Shown here: one piece after another, positions 35,979 to 49,259 of the stretch
Layout of the letters: each line of letters begins with the position of its first letter
Position numbering within the stretch: the stretch's first letter is position 1
Assembly (NCBI GenBank): GCA_001244265.2
Contig: CDLV01000005.1
Location: forward strand, 1,240,001 to 1,304,000
Reading direction: 5' to 3'
DNA from: Microbotryum violaceum
Taxonomy: Eukaryota
Length of the DNA stretch: 64,000 nt
Made by a program: the position numbers and the translations under genes
The notes under the pieces: model-generated
What the model saw: only the letters and a program-made list of their open reading frames with translations
Told to the model about the DNA's origin: nothing
Database searches by the model: none

Positions 35979-37926
35979 ATGGCCAACGTAGGCGATTTCT
36001 TCGCCTTTGGCAGCATCATCCTCCTCGCGACGCTGACAATATACAGTGCGAGTTATGCGAGTTTGAGGATGCCTAGAGAGGCCAAGAGGAGGTGGAGGAA
36101 AGCGCGGGGGCAAGAGGAGGATGAAGAGGAAGATGAGGAAGATGAGGAGGACGAGGTGGTGGATCGGTTGACTGTAGGTCTTTGACGCTCGTTGGATGGG
36201 GAGGGAGAAGGGCCGTAAAGGGGTGACGTGTCCGCGACCCCCTCTTTATTGCTTGGGCTTCAACGTGCGATGGAGCATGACGCACTCCCTACGACTCTAC
36301 GCATAAACGTTTGACTCGCTATTTACATGTACCCTCCCCCAGGCCCAAGACGCCTACCTATTCCCCATCCTAGGCTCGGTCGTGCTCTTTAGCCTCTACC
36401 TCGCCTTCACCTTCCTCGACAAGGAGATGATCAATCGCATACTCGGCGCCTATCTAGCTTTGATGGGTGTAGGAGCAATGGCCAAAGTCTTGGTTTCCGG
36501 GATTAAGTTTGGGTTGGGGACGAAAGTGACGAAGGGTTTGGTCAAAGTCAGTTCTTGGCCGAATCAGGATGTAGATGCGATATGAGAGGTTGGGGTTTGC
36601 TGACGTGTCAAGTTGGGTCCGATCTCGACAGTGGAAAATCTCGATGCACAAGGCCAAAAAAGGTGGGAATCAGGGACACTCTATGAGCCCACGTAATCCG
36701 TCGAACTGAACATCTCTCGTTTCTCGCAGAGTACGCCTCGTTGGGCTTCACCGTCCTCGACCTCGTCGCTTTGGTCTTGGGACTGGGTCTGCAAGTGCTG
36801 CAGCTTTACAAGCCTTTTTGGATTCTTGTGAGCTCTTGCCTCAGACCTACCTTGCGGAGTATCTCGGGGTCTCACAATCGCCGATTTCCTTGTGAGGATT
36901 TCTTCAAACCCCGACTGACCGCCCCGTCCACGTGACCAAACAGTCCAACCTCGTTGCCCTTTCATTCGCTTTCGGTGCCGTCTCGTTGATGCGACTCGAC
37001 TCATTCTGGACCGGATCCGCCTTGCTCGCGTTGTTGTTTTTCTATGACGTGTGGTGGGTCTTTGGATCCAACGCCGTATTCGGGGTGAGTCTCGTTTCTC
37101 TCTCGGGGAGCGGCTCCATTCACGGACCCAAGAGGTCAAAATCGCTTGAACGATCTCCTAACCTAACTCCTCGCCCCTCATCTCTCCCAGGCCAACGTCA
37201 TGGTCACCGTCGCCACATCCTTCGACGCCCCCATCAAAATCACTTTCCCTCGAACGTTCCTCTACCCTCTTTACACACTTCAAGGCAAAGATTTCATGCT
37301 CCTAGGATTGGGGGATATTGTCCTACCGGGCATTTTCGTGGCGCTGAGTTTGAGGTGGGACTATCATAGGGCTTTGAAGAGGGTGGAGGGACCGCCCAAG
37401 CCGGAGATGGGGTGGGGCAGGAAAGGGAAGGGGTGGGGGAGACCTTATTTCAGGGCTTCTCTGGGGGCTTATGTTCTTGGTCAGTTTGACGAGAATGAGC
37501 GTCGAGAAAGAGAAGCGTATGTTGATGGAAAGCGATTTATGTCGGACAGGTTTGATCACGACCATCACGATGATGCATCAATTCAAAGCCGCGCAACCGG
37601 CCTTGTTGTACCTTTCTCCGGCTTGCATCATCGTGCGTCTCATCATGCCGAATCTTTTGTTTCCCAAACTATTGGACAAAGTTGATTCGATTCTTCTCCA
37701 GGCCGTTTGTTTTACCGCCTGGCGCCGCGACGAATGGAAGAAATTATGGGCTTTTGAGGATGCTTCGGATGACGAGCCTAGTAAGGACAAGAAGAAAGAT
37801 GAAGCGGTCGAGGCGAAAGGTGAGGGATTCGTCGAGCAGCAAGAGAGTGAGAAGCGGCGTGGGAGCGGTTTGAGAAATCGTGGTTCTGGGGGTGCGGCCA
37901 GTGACGCGGAGGGGGAGAAGGAGTAG
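35979..37926 (+). CDS. Signal peptide peptidase (A22B GxGD intramembrane aspartyl protease), multi-exon
   Basis: DAYLFPILGS; LDSFWTGSALLALLFFYDVWWVFGS (YD); VMVTVATSFDAPIK; LGLGDIVLPG (GxGD); AAQPALLYLSP (PAL). Confidence 0.95.
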
Positions 37927-38089
37927 AGTTGGTCAAGGTATGGAGGCTGGACCATTCCTTGGGTCGTTGGTATATATCCTTCCTTTCAACGCGATCGCGC
38001 CCATATGCATATCGTCCCTCGAGTTCCAATTGCTCTCCTCGTTGCCCTTTGAATAACTTTAGAGTCCATTTACCTCTGGAAAGGGGTTT

Positions 38090-38854
38090 CTATCTCGTCA
38101 CCTGAGCATCAAAGTACTTCTTCACCGCCTCACTAACCCCCTTCCCCGCCATCTTGCCCTTCGTCTTGGCCAACACGACCTTGATGACCCTTCCCAAATC
38201 CTTGACTCCAACTTCCTCCCCTCCTTTCTCAACCTTAATCTCCTCCAAAGCACTTTTGATCACACCCTTCAAGTCCTCCTCACCCATACCTGAAAGCGCG
38301 TCCTCAGTGTTTTGTACGAACTTCTGCAACAGTTGCGCTTCACGCGTATATTGATCGGCTAGATCTTGCCGAGGGGGTATGGAGGTGGTGAACTGGGAAG
38401 CGGCTTCGAGGCGCGTCTTGATCGATTTCAAGAGGACTTTTTGAGGGTTCGGAGGCGAAGCGAGGTGCGAGGTCGTTTGAAGGTCCGCGAGGATCGACTG
38501 CGTTACCCGGGAAGAGCGAGGAGAGGTTAGGTTTAGATGCGGGTTGGGTGAGGATACGAGTCGGGGTTCGTTCTGGTTTCCTCTCGAGGTGGGGAGTGGG
38601 AGTGTGCAAAAGCTCACTTTGATCACCCCCGATTCGAACGTCTGCCTCGACTTCATGTACCCTTTCAAAGCTTGTCGGAGCGTCACATCCAAAGTAGGAG
38701 CTGCGCCTGGTGTTGCAGCAGCAGAGGAGGTGGATTGAGAGCGGAGGGTCAGAAGAAGGATGGGTGAGAGTCTGGTCGTTCGGGTAGGGGTGCAGTTGAG
38801 GGTGGTAGAGCGGAAGGCTCGGGTTGGGTTGAGCATTTTGAGTAAGGAGGTCAT
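38090..38854 (-). CDS. AIM41: YqeY/GatB-like mitochondrial protein (AIM41 family), 2 exons
   Basis: Arg/Thr-rich presequence; LRQALKGYMKSR...VIK|SILADL; KTRLEAASQF...RQDLADQYTREAQLLQKF; KDLGRVIKVVLAKTKG...VSEAVK. In-frame intron ~38617-38498. Confidence 0.78.
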   Translation of the reverse strand: MTSLLKMLNPTRAFRSTTLNCTPTRTTRLSPILLLTLRSQSTSSAAATPGAAPTLDVTLRQALKGYMKSRQTFESGVIKVSFCTLPLPTSRGNQNEPRLVSSPNPHLNLTSPRSSRVTQSILADLQTTSHLASPPNPQKVLLKSIKTRLEAASQFTTSIPPRQDLADQYTREAQLLQKFVQNTEDALSGMGEEDLKGVIKSALEEIKVEKGGEEVGVKDLGRVIKVVLAKTKGKMAGKGVSEAVKKYFDAQVTR

Positions 38855-40019
38855 AGTGTTGGATGCGAGGGTCGGATCGTGCCGGGCGCAGGGTCGGAGA
38901 TACGGACAGGGGGAGTGAGTCGCTCACGCTTCGTCGAGCTCTCCCGCCGGCCGGGGTGGTTGCGAAAGCCGACGAACACGGAGAGGGTGGGGATTGCGAT
39001 ACAGAGAGTGGGGCCATAATCTATTTACTTTAGCAAAAAGGTTCAGGGGCCATTTGCAACGGCTTCGGAGGAGGCAAATCGCACTTGGGTGGTCCGTCCC
39101 TAGCCTGCAGTGTACCGTGATTTGTACAAGTTGATCACGTGATGAGCATCCGGATTCACCAACGCAGCACTGCACCGGCTCTCATATTGTAAAGGACGTC
39201 ATACCAACGCATCGAGCCCTCAAACCGATATCTCAGGTGGAAGATCATGTGACCGAAGTTCGACGGCTCGCTAGGACCAGATTCGTAGCGAAAAATGTCC
39301 GGGCCAAAGTCCTGGCCAGGCGGAGCGACTTCCGACGAAAGCCAGCTCGACGTCTCACATCAGACTGCCTTGGTGCGGCGCATAAAGGTCGGATTCGAAC
39401 GACTCCTCTAAGCAGCCCACGTGGCTTTTACCGTGCCTACCAGTACCTACCTACAAGCCAGAGAAAGTTTGGAGTGTGCAAGCGAGCCTACAAGGTCACA
39501 AGAGCCCTTACTGTGTATAAATGGACAGCATCTTCAAGACGAGTGAGGGGGTGGACAAGCCGGCGCGTCGCGACGCCATTTGCCCCGTCAGACGCGTCGA
39601 GCCACGTCCTCCGTGCTGAGGCGCTCAGCGTGGAGCGGTCGACCCTCTGAGCTAGCGCTCTCAAGCTCAGAGTCTGGCTTCACTGTCACTGCGAGTCGGT
39701 GGTGCAGCTCGCCGAATGGTGTTCGCTCGTCATGCTGATCAGCGGATTATTCACCTGGCACGCCTGGGCCATCTTGGGCATTTCCAGCATTTCTTAGTTA
39801 CCAGGCTGTGACTGGCCAGTGCCAGCACGGATGCAGCGCTCGTTTCGTGCGCGAGCCTATGCATTCGAGTCGCAGGAACACGATATTTGCGGGGCGGGGG
39901 TCTAGAAAAAGGTGATCTTGATAATAACCATTGACTACGTATGAAGAAGGTAGTACACAAACCCTAACCAAACAATGCGATAATCATACGAAAGACAAAT
40001 CACAGGATGTGCACACTCT

Positions 40020-43000
40020 CTAAATCGTGTCACTCGCGCGCGTCTCGGTGTCGTAAAACACATCTTCCTGTGTTCCGTTCGTCGTGACCGACAACGAGGA
40101 CGGCGCCCCCGAGCGGTACTTCGTCCTCGATCCACCGCTGGCGAAATTAGGCGTCGGCGGCGTCAAAGGAACTTGCTCGGGTGTACCAAAGACATCCGTC
40201 GAATGCGAGACGGTAGGCTCGGAATCGGCGCCCTCGCCACCATCCCGGTGGCCGAGCTCGCTCTCGTTATCTGCCTCAGTGTCCAAACTGACACCACCGT
40301 TCATCTTGGCGTGTCGTCCTTCCTCGTCCATGGAGAGGTCGTCGTCCGCGGATTCGAGCATGGCGTCCACTTCTTTTTGCCCGCGCCTGAGCGCCCGCAT
40401 CTTGATCGCAGCCGACAGGGCCTCGATGTAGGTTTGGTATTTGACGATCTCGGCGAGGAGGTACTGCGATTTACGTTCCCAGTTAACAAGGGACTTGACC
40501 GCGTTCGTTGATCGTGGAGAATACTGCAGAGCACGGCCAAGTCCACCCAAGATTTCAGCCAACGCATAACAACGAACTATACAACGTTGCAGCTTACAAG
40601 TCGCATCATCGGGCTTCTCATCACGTTATGCTGCGCCAGATCCTTCTTGACAATCTCGGCATACTTTTTAAGCGCTTCGAGTTGACTCTCCTCGGACAAT
40701 TGACTAGCACCTCCAGGTTGGTTCGGCGGTGTCCAGTCATTGACGACGATGCGGTCATTCGCACTCGTCGTGCCTGGCATGGGTGGAGCGTCTCTCCCGA
40801 GTGCTCCACCCGTGGCGATGGACAATCGACTGGCTCCTCCGCTCGAGCGACCTGATCGAATAGAGGCCGCGTCGGCGTCGCCTCGAGTATTGTTGTAGCT
40901 CGAGGGTGACGTATCGATGGACACTCGACCCCACCCATAGTCCATGTTCGAGACTCCTCCTGCCAGCGGCTCCTTGGACAGCCGAGCGGACCAGTAGTTG
41001 CACGTCGAGACCCATTCGGCGACGAGATCGGGCGTGCCGGCTTGGAAGAAGTAGGAACCTCCCGAGGGCAAAGTGAGAACGAAACAGTGAGGTCGGTCAC
41101 GACTGTAACCCGGTGGAGGCATCGCCGAACACAAGGCGTGAATGAGGGAGACTTCCCCAACGTTTTGAGCGTTTGACTGGAGTGCAAGCGAGGGCCGAAT
41201 GGGTCAGTCTCACCAGTCTTCTAAGCTTTCGACGACCTTCTAGGAACTGACTGTCCAATCTCCGCCGCCCATTCCACCACCCACCCCCCTCATGGATCCC
41301 CCACCTCCTGCATCAAACCGGAACATCTTGACTTGCCCGGCGGATATGACGACGAATGCGTGCAGCCATGACTTCTCCTTGGACCTTTTGCCCGTGCTCT
41401 CCCAGTAGTGTTTCCTCCATAGCAATCCCTCCTTGGCCCACGGCGCACCCAACAAGGCCAATTCCTCGTCCGTCACGGACGTGACCGAGGCACCTCCGTC
41501 CGAAGCGGTTTCGTCTTCTTGCTGTTCCCGAATGATGGTGTGCGACAGCGAGTTGGCGAATCCTATTGTAGGGACGTGATGATGTTGGTGAAAGCCATAC
41601 GTTGAGGAAGAGTATCGACCGTCCGACATCGACGTGGCTGCACTCGGCGTTGGAGAGGTGCTCCTGATGTCCGCGCTTGACGTAGACGCGCCAAGGAAGC
41701 CGCCGAAGCCTCGGATCGATTGACGTTTGAACGCAACCGAAGACGACGACAAGGTCGAGTTGGCGCTACGACGAGAGGTCGTTCGCGCGACACCATCGGC
41801 CCAGGCTGAACAGGGTGAGTTGAGATGTTGTCCGGTCCCAGGGGCTAGCGAGTTAGACGAGAGCGATGCTTCGGCCGATGGACTCGTCGAGGAAAGCGGT
41901 TGGAAGATGGGTTGGGCCTTGATCGCAGCGTACATTTCCTGTTGGAGAGTAAGCAGATGAGCACACGGGGCACCACCTTCCTCCGAGGTCCATGGGCCGA
42001 CGACTCACCTTGAGCATCGGTTCGAGCCCCTCATCAACAAGAGCACCCAGCTTCGTCGAGTTCGTACCAGCACTCTTGACGGTGTTCGAGCTCTCACTTT
42101 TGCTCATTCCAGGACTGTCTTCGTCCGCAGCCTTAACTGTCGAGCCAAAGACGTCCTTTTTCGCCTCGAGTCCTTCCCCATCCACTTGTGCTTGAATCGC
42201 ACTGATCGTGTTCCTGACGAATTGCGTTCTCGTCATCCGATTCGTTGTGTCGACAACATGCAAATCTGTGTTGAGTAGCAAGAGCGAGTAACTCGCCGCA
42301 TGGACGACATCCCTGCTTTTAAACATTTTTCCAAAGTCGTCCGTTGCATGTTGCTCGTAGTACCGTCTCGAGAACTGCTCCAGGATGCGATCGACCTGCT
42401 GCGTTTCGGCCTTGAGGTACAATTTACCGCACAGCTTGCGGAACGCGAGATCGAGGCGCAGGTTTGTAAAGTCGAACCGATCAATGTACAGCGACAAGGT
42501 AAGAGCATTGAGGGGCGAGCCGGTACCTAGCCACTCGGCATATTTCTTGGGTTGGAGAGCGAACGCTTCGTCCTCGTTCCAGATCATCTGGGCGAAGCTT
42601 TGAGCCTTGATGAACAACTCGTCGGGTGTCTGGTAAGTTGTGTCGAGCTTGGCGACAGAGGGTGAGCTATGGAGAGACGTCGGACCCTTGGACCCGCGAG
42701 AAGTGACGCCGAGAAGTGACGTCGACGATCCCGCCGCCTCGAAAGGGTACGCAACGACGCTCGACCTCAAAGCTCGGTTGCGCTGGTTTGAAGGGCGCAG
42801 CTGATCTTGCGACTCGACGAGATGCGCGTGAGCTGGCGAAAGGGTCGACTCAACGTTGAGCGTGAACGACGGAGCCGAGCTCCCTGATCGGACGGTGAGC
42901 GTAGGAGAGTCGGGGAGGGAGCGAGAAGGTGTCTTGATGGTATTGTTCGACAGATCCCACGAATGCCCCGCTTCGGCATAGATGACAAGAGGCGAAGCGG

Positions 43001-45339
43001 AACCCTTAGGAGACCAAGTCAGATCCTGCCCGTTTTCGGCGGTCACACCTGACCGCCATTCGTGCCCTTCCGCTTCATGGCCCGTCGCAGTAGCCGATAC
43101 TAAGCGGATCTTCGGAGCAGCCTCAGCGCCGACCTTCGCTCCCGCATTCCTCATTCCATCACTCGGCGCGGCCACGTTGGGGTTAGGTAGACTCTTGCTC
43201 CTCGTTGATTCCGGCGTGATCATCAAGCCTTCGGCACCGTCGCCCGACTTACTCCTGTGCATGCCGTGGGTCGAGTCCTCATTCCAACTGGGTTGTCTCC
43301 TCCCAATTCGGGGGTCAACCGCCGCTTCCGGAGTTGCAAACATTGGCAGCCCGCTCGGTGTTCCCGCAGATGAGCTCCGACTCATCCCCTCGGTTCTGGT
43401 CGTTGAACGCTTAATCAACACAGGTGTTTTCGTATCCAAGACTCCGTCCGTATTCAACTTCCATTGCTGTAGCTCGTTGACGAGTTGCTCCTCCTCGCTT
43501 CGCCTCACGCTCGCGCTCACGCTTCTCGGAGTTCCCGTTCTGCCGCTTTTCTGGGCTGTTCGGTCCAATTTCGGCGAGGTATCGGGCGAGCCGATGCCCG
43601 AACGCCTTAGGTAGTCCATCGCGATGGCCCCGGCAGACCCAACCGAGAGTGACCGTCTCCGTGACCCTTTCTTGGACATCATCGACGATACAGGCGGCGC
43701 CGAAGGCGAATACTTGGACAATTCCCTCGACGACGAGCAGGTGGAAGAGGACATGCCCGATTTATTGGCCTTGACGGGTGTCCGCTTGATATCGAGGTCG
43801 ATTGACGACGACTGCCTCTCGGCCGATGTAGCCGAAGCGGCGGCTGATGTTCCGTTCGAAGTCGACGGTTTGGGGGGTGTCGCATACGCTGCCGGCACGG
43901 CGGGCACGGCGGGCACGGGCCCCCGGGATGCGAATGTTGACGCGATAGGCGTTGTGGCAGTCATAGCTTGGGGTAGCGATGACTCGGACTGTTGTAGGTG
44001 GCGGTCAAACGTCAGTACATTGGGAAACCTTGACTTCTCCGGCGCGCCAGCGCGCACCTTCATACCCCTCGCACTCGTCCCAAAGTCATTCTTCGCGCCC
44101 GCAGCGCTCGCGCTGGCACTTGAACCCGTGACCATCCTGAAGAAGCGACTCGTCTTTCTCATCGTGTTCCCAAACGATGAAGAAGCAGAGGTCGACCGCT
44201 GCTGCTTGGCCTCCCCGCTCGAGCCCATTACGCCTCGAGTCCCTTTGTTCCCCAGCCCCACTCCAGCTCCATCGCGAGAGGAAGCGTTCCCCACTGATTC
44301 TTTGCGTTGCTTGGAATGGCTATCATACTGATTCTGATCCGAGGGAGCTGCGGACGGTTTGTTCGACATCAACCCATTCTGCACCTGGCCGTAGGGCCCG
44401 CTTGTCGCAGCCGAGATGGAGCGGGGCCGGGTCGGCTCGGTCGACGTGATCGCTGTAGTCGTTGAGCTTGACATGGACGGGTTTCCATAGGTAGGCGGGT
44501 TCGGGGTACTGGACTTGGACTTCGATTGATATGCATCCGGATGCTGAAGATGGTGGTCCATAGGGGTCAGGTTTTGCGGGTCGCGATTCAAAAGTGGGGA
44601 GCTGTCGGGAGTCGTACTCGACAGGAGAGGGGGTAGAGCCGGCAATGTCTTGATCGGCGAGGGCAATGGGCTCACTCGCGGCTATTGATTTAATAAGCAC
44701 TTGAAATTGTCAGCTCGATTGGATTCGGCGCGCAGTGACCAGAACGCACGCGCGGTAGAGAGAAGTCCGTTAAAGTCCGGCGCGTGACGCGTGACGTACC
44801 TGGGACTCGATTGCTGCTGCTCCGGGTCGGATCTCATCCGAATGAGGCAGGCGGGGTGAGCGCGACTTGGGCTGACCCTTGCGACTCGATGCGAAAGGCG
44901 AGGCGGTGGTCGCATTTCGATGGAAGCCTTGCATCGCTGCGCCCATGGCGGTGTTGGCACCCCTCGCCGAACGCGTGGTCCTGGTCGAGTCCGGTGACGA
45001 GTCGACATTCGATGAGTTCCACCCCTCCTCGTCGTCCTCTTCGTCCTCGTCGGTCATATTCCGGTTGCAGGGCCCCCGCGCCGAGGGACTGGTCGATGAT
45101 CGCCCGAGTCGACTTTCGTCCCTGCCCAGCACATGTCGCACAGGGGTCGCGCTGAGCCTCGTCAAGCCAGTGCTCGAATTGGAGCCGCTGCCGCCTGCGC
45201 CGCCGGGCGAGGACGAGGACGACGAGGACGAGGCCGAGGCCGAGGTCGGGGCCATCAGCCGATCAAACTCGACCGTCGACAGCACGCGTGAGACTCTCTT
45301 GCCGCCAGTGCCATTGAGACTGGCTGTGGTCGAGGCCAT
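40020..45339 (-). CDS. Arf guanine-nucleotide exchange factor with Sec7 + PH domains (Yel1/Syt1/EFA6 type), multi-exon
   Basis: Sec7 FDFTNLRLDLAFRKLCGKLYLKAETQQVDRILEQFSRRY and YSLLLLNTDLH...MTRTQFVRNT. PH WAKEGLLWRKHYWE...W and RPHCFVLTLPSGGSYFFQAGT...EWVSTCNYWSARLSKEPL. C-terminal NWERKSQYLL. Start codon approximate. Confidence 0.92.
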
Positions 45340-47629
45340 GCCGCGAGTGGGGCCAGGACCGGGCAGAGAGGGCACTTGCGAGAGAGAACAGAACCGAATA
45401 CGAGGCGCGTGCGCGGGGGTCGGCGCGCGTAATTTCCTTCTTGGGAGTTCATGGGGACAGCATAAGTCTCCTTCGTGAGGACATCAAGAGGTATGGCGTC
45501 CACTGCATGCAGGCACCCGGCCATGCCGAGAAGACAATCAGTTTACAGCTTGAGTAGCCTGTGCAAGAGGTGGGTAGGCGTCCAAATTTTTGGCTTTGGC
45601 GTTCTTCCATGCCTTCGTTCGCAAATCCAAGGAACGATTCTGAGTTCTCCGCCGTCTGAGGCGAAAGAACACGGCTGCCACCGCGCCTCCTGTTCCGCGT
45701 GGTGCAATGTCAGGATGGCCTCGATGCGAAACAGAGCCTGTATACATCCCCTCAGCTCCCAAGGCCAGGTTCCTTCTTTTTCACATATCCCCCAAAAGTG
45801 AAATACAATGCAGAGTAGCTATCATAACAGACTACAAGCCATTCATGACGTCGCTGGAAGAATGAGGGTCCCCTCACTTTGTAACCTATCGTTTCTTGGA
45901 GCGCTTTCCATACCTTCACTTGCCATTACGTTCCAAACGACCAAGTGTCATGGAATTGGCTGACAAAGTGACAGCAGAAGAGTGGGAGAGACTGCAAAGG
46001 GTCTGAGCGCCTTATATTTGTCTTCCGAATGGACTGACTGGTGGCACGTCGGGTCAATCCGTCCATGCCGAATCACTTCCGGCCCCCAACGTGCTTTCCC
46101 ATCGCATTCTCCGGTCCCAAGGCGGCTTCGGGACCGGCAAGGCTGGGGAGGAGGCACGAACAACAATCAACCTTAGAGGTACCCCAGCATATTTTGAAGC
46201 TGACTCAGCTGAGGAGAGACGCCGAGATTTCGGGGGACGATCGACTCACAGCAGCACGATCCGGCTGACACTGCTCGCGCACGAAACAAGCTCGGTGGTC
46301 GTGCCATGCGCCAACAAGGTGATATCCCGCACGAGACGCCCCGTATTCAGGTATACCAAAACGTACAATCGAAGCTGACTTATGAAGAAAAGGAACGAGG
46401 CGTGACTAGAAGCTCCTAAGAGGACCAAAGAGAAAGAGACGGAGAGTGACCATAATGGCCGGGACAGCCGGCAAGGGGAGAGACCGCGAAGCGAGGCCGA
46501 GACGGAGAACGAGACTCTTGAGACTGGAGACCGGAAAATTATCCCGAACTGTTAAGACACCCAGCGAGTGAGAGCGGTGTAAGAGCCGCATCGGTTCCTA
46601 GAAGTGGTCTCCCCGAGAACAAGGAGCACGGCCCCTCGAGACGTCCTCTTCATTCCAATCGCTTCCGCCCCGTTCCCAGTCCCTCCTTTCCCCTTCACCG
46701 GCGCAATCTCTTAGACAGCCGCTCTTGTCGCTTTTCCCTCTTCCGGCCCGCTTTCCTTCGGATTTATACCCTGCTTTTCCGACCATCGCTCGTCCATTTC
46801 CGAGTCTCCAAATCGCAAAAGTGAAGGGCCTTTTCCTAATTACCTCCTCTAACTCCCGTCCGGCCCGGTCGTCCGCGTGCACTTCCGTCGCATGCCTTGT
46901 CGTTAATAGGAAATTCCACTTGAGACATCGAAGCATTGAATCTACCCGGAAGCGCTTTATCGATAAGATATCTGCCGAAGCCGTCGTCGTTGACCTGATG
47001 GGCGGCTTCTGTTCGGCGGCCAGTTTGGGCAAGAGGCCATCTTGCGCCGAGACGACGGTAGCATTCGGTGGCGCCGTCGACGAATAGATGCGAGAAGTCG
47101 AAGTAAGAGGGTAACCCGCATGGGCAGTCAAGCATCGCCTTGGACAAAGCTTCCTCCGCCGGGAGCACACCCATCCGTGGTTTGCGCGCATGGTCGAGGT
47201 CCAATTTACTCACTTCAGTTCTCTCTTGTACCGGGAGAGGTACCTCCCAATCTCCACTCTCATGATAGTCTAGTCGTATGGTAGGAGGATATAAAGATTC
47301 GATCAGATTATTACATGCTCCATCTTTATGCTTTCCCCCCTCGTTTTCTTGATGTCTCGTGTCTGGTAGCAACACAGGATCGCGGTCAATTGTAGGTCTC
47401 GGGTAGCTGACAGACGACAGACGGCTGGATTGCAGATTTGGGCTGATTACGGCCGAGAAGCGCTCTCAGTTTCCTCGCGTGCCACACATTCTTGAGCATG
47501 CACAGAGCACAAGAATTGAACCACCAATGCCCTATTGAAGCTTGTACTACCCTACTGGTCTTGCACTAAGTTGTATTTCTGGGCCCTTCGAGTTCAGGGG
47601 ACCCCCTTTCTCAGACGGACTCGTTCCTC

Positions 47630-49259
47630 CTACGAGTCGTAGTTGCTTGACTTGCCACCGCAGCAGAAGAATCCTCCCGACGACTTCTTGGAATTGTTAG
47701 CCGTAGCAGCGGGGACGGGGACCGGCGCAGGCGCAGCAGAAGCCGAATGGGTGGCCGTGGAAGCGGGGAGGGGCTTTTGTTGCGCCTCGGGCTCAACTTG
47801 GTAAGGGGTCGAGTCCGTAGCCGTAGTCGTCGTGGCGGCGGCAGCTATAATGACCAGAGCATGAAAAGTTTGGTGTTAGTACTTTGGCGTTCGGACTCAC
47901 AGAGCCAAAGAGCCAAGTTTGCCACGGACCCGATGCGGGGACGGCCTTGGCGGCGATGGCGGCGGTGGAGGTTTCGGCGGACTTCTTGGCCAGAGTGTGA
48001 TTTGCCAGACTGTGATTGGAGTTCGGGGAGAAGAAATAATAGGAGAAGAAATGCAGTCATCAGCTTGTATGTTATATCGATCGTGCACAGAAGTTGGGGA
48101 CAGGAAAAACTGGAGTGTTGAATTGGACAAACAAAACACGATGCTACGTTCTTGCACATGCTCTATCCTTGTCCTATTCCTTACGCATTCTAGAGAGTCG
48201 CTGAACAGTGAGACCGCAAGGCGAGGCTTGGACACTTACGCCGATTTACCCGCGACGAAAGTATTGACGAGGTTGGCAAAAGATTTGCCCTGGAACTCGG
48301 CGATGGCGGTCTCCTTCTCGGAGATGGCACGCGAGCCATCACCGGCAGCGACACCGGCAGCACCCCAGGCCGAGCCACCGACGACCTCGGAGAGATCGGT
48401 CAACTGCGGTGCGGCGAACCCGATTGGCACGTATGAGATACCGTGGTGCGCGAAGAAGGGAATCGTTGTCAAAGCGGTGGTCTCTTGTCCGCCATGTTGA
48501 GAAGCCGAGCTCGTAAACACTCCCGCAAACTTAGAGAACAAGGCGCCACGGGCCCACTGGCCTCCAGTTTGATCGAAGAATGCAGACACTTGAGCTGGTG
48601 CTCGGCCCTGGAAGAACGGGCGAGATCGAATAACAGAGGCTCGGCGCGCATCAGTTCCAGTGAGTTCATCTACATGTGTATATCCCATAGACATAATCGG
48701 TACTGTAGATTAAGAGTCAAACTTACATATCGAGTGGGGAAGCCGAGCAAGAAGCCATCGTACAACTCGAGGTCGGCAGGAGAGACGGTCGGGTGCTCGG
48801 TGGACAGGGGCGCGGCGTGCATCTTGCCACGGATCTCCTCGTTCAAGGTTTCTGTTGATGGAATACAGGGTAAGATATTGAGACAAAGTGTGCGTAAGCC
48901 TCAGATACCCACCGGGGAATTGGAGGATGGTGACATCGGCTGTGGCAGAAAAAGAAGATCGGCTGTATTAGTCAGAGGCGGTTTTCCTAACGCTGAACAA
49001 TATGATTAAGCATCTAATTACCTCCAGCCTCCTTGGCGCCCTTCGCTTCAGCCTCAGCAAGCGTGCGAACATGACCGTAGCTGTTGGTTCGAGAGGTATG
49101 TAGTTAGCGTCCGCAGGTACAGGATCTCTAGGGGGTGTGGGGTAAGGGCGCCGCTCGCTCTCCGACCCGCCTGCACGGAGTCCGGTGTAAGCACCATGGC
49201 CTCGGAGACAGACGCAACACTCACGTCGAGTAGTAGATAACAGCGATCTTGGCAGGCAT
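47630..49259 (-). CDS. Flavodoxin-like NAD(P)H:quinone oxidoreductase (WrbA/Pst2/Ycp4, 1,4-benzoquinone reductase family) with an Ala/Pro/Thr linker and a Cys-Cys tail
   Basis: MPAKIAVIYYS|TYGHVRTLAEAEAKG; ETLNEEIRGKMHA; YDGFLLGFPTRY|GRAPAQVSAFFDQTGGQW; SSASQHGGQETT; GGSAWGA...GDGSR. Exons 48009-47930 and 47844-47630 add a tail ending SKKSSGGFFCCGGKSSNYDS*. Confidence 0.93.

Noticed and set aside
39135-39260. GTGATGA C-box-like motif as a possible C/D snoRNA
   Set aside because: No CTGA D box or terminal stem at a suitable distance.
39385-39410. GTTCGAATCC (tRNA T-loop/B-box-like) on the minus strand
   Set aside because: The flanks do not form a T-stem, and no acceptor, D or anticodon arm can be folded.
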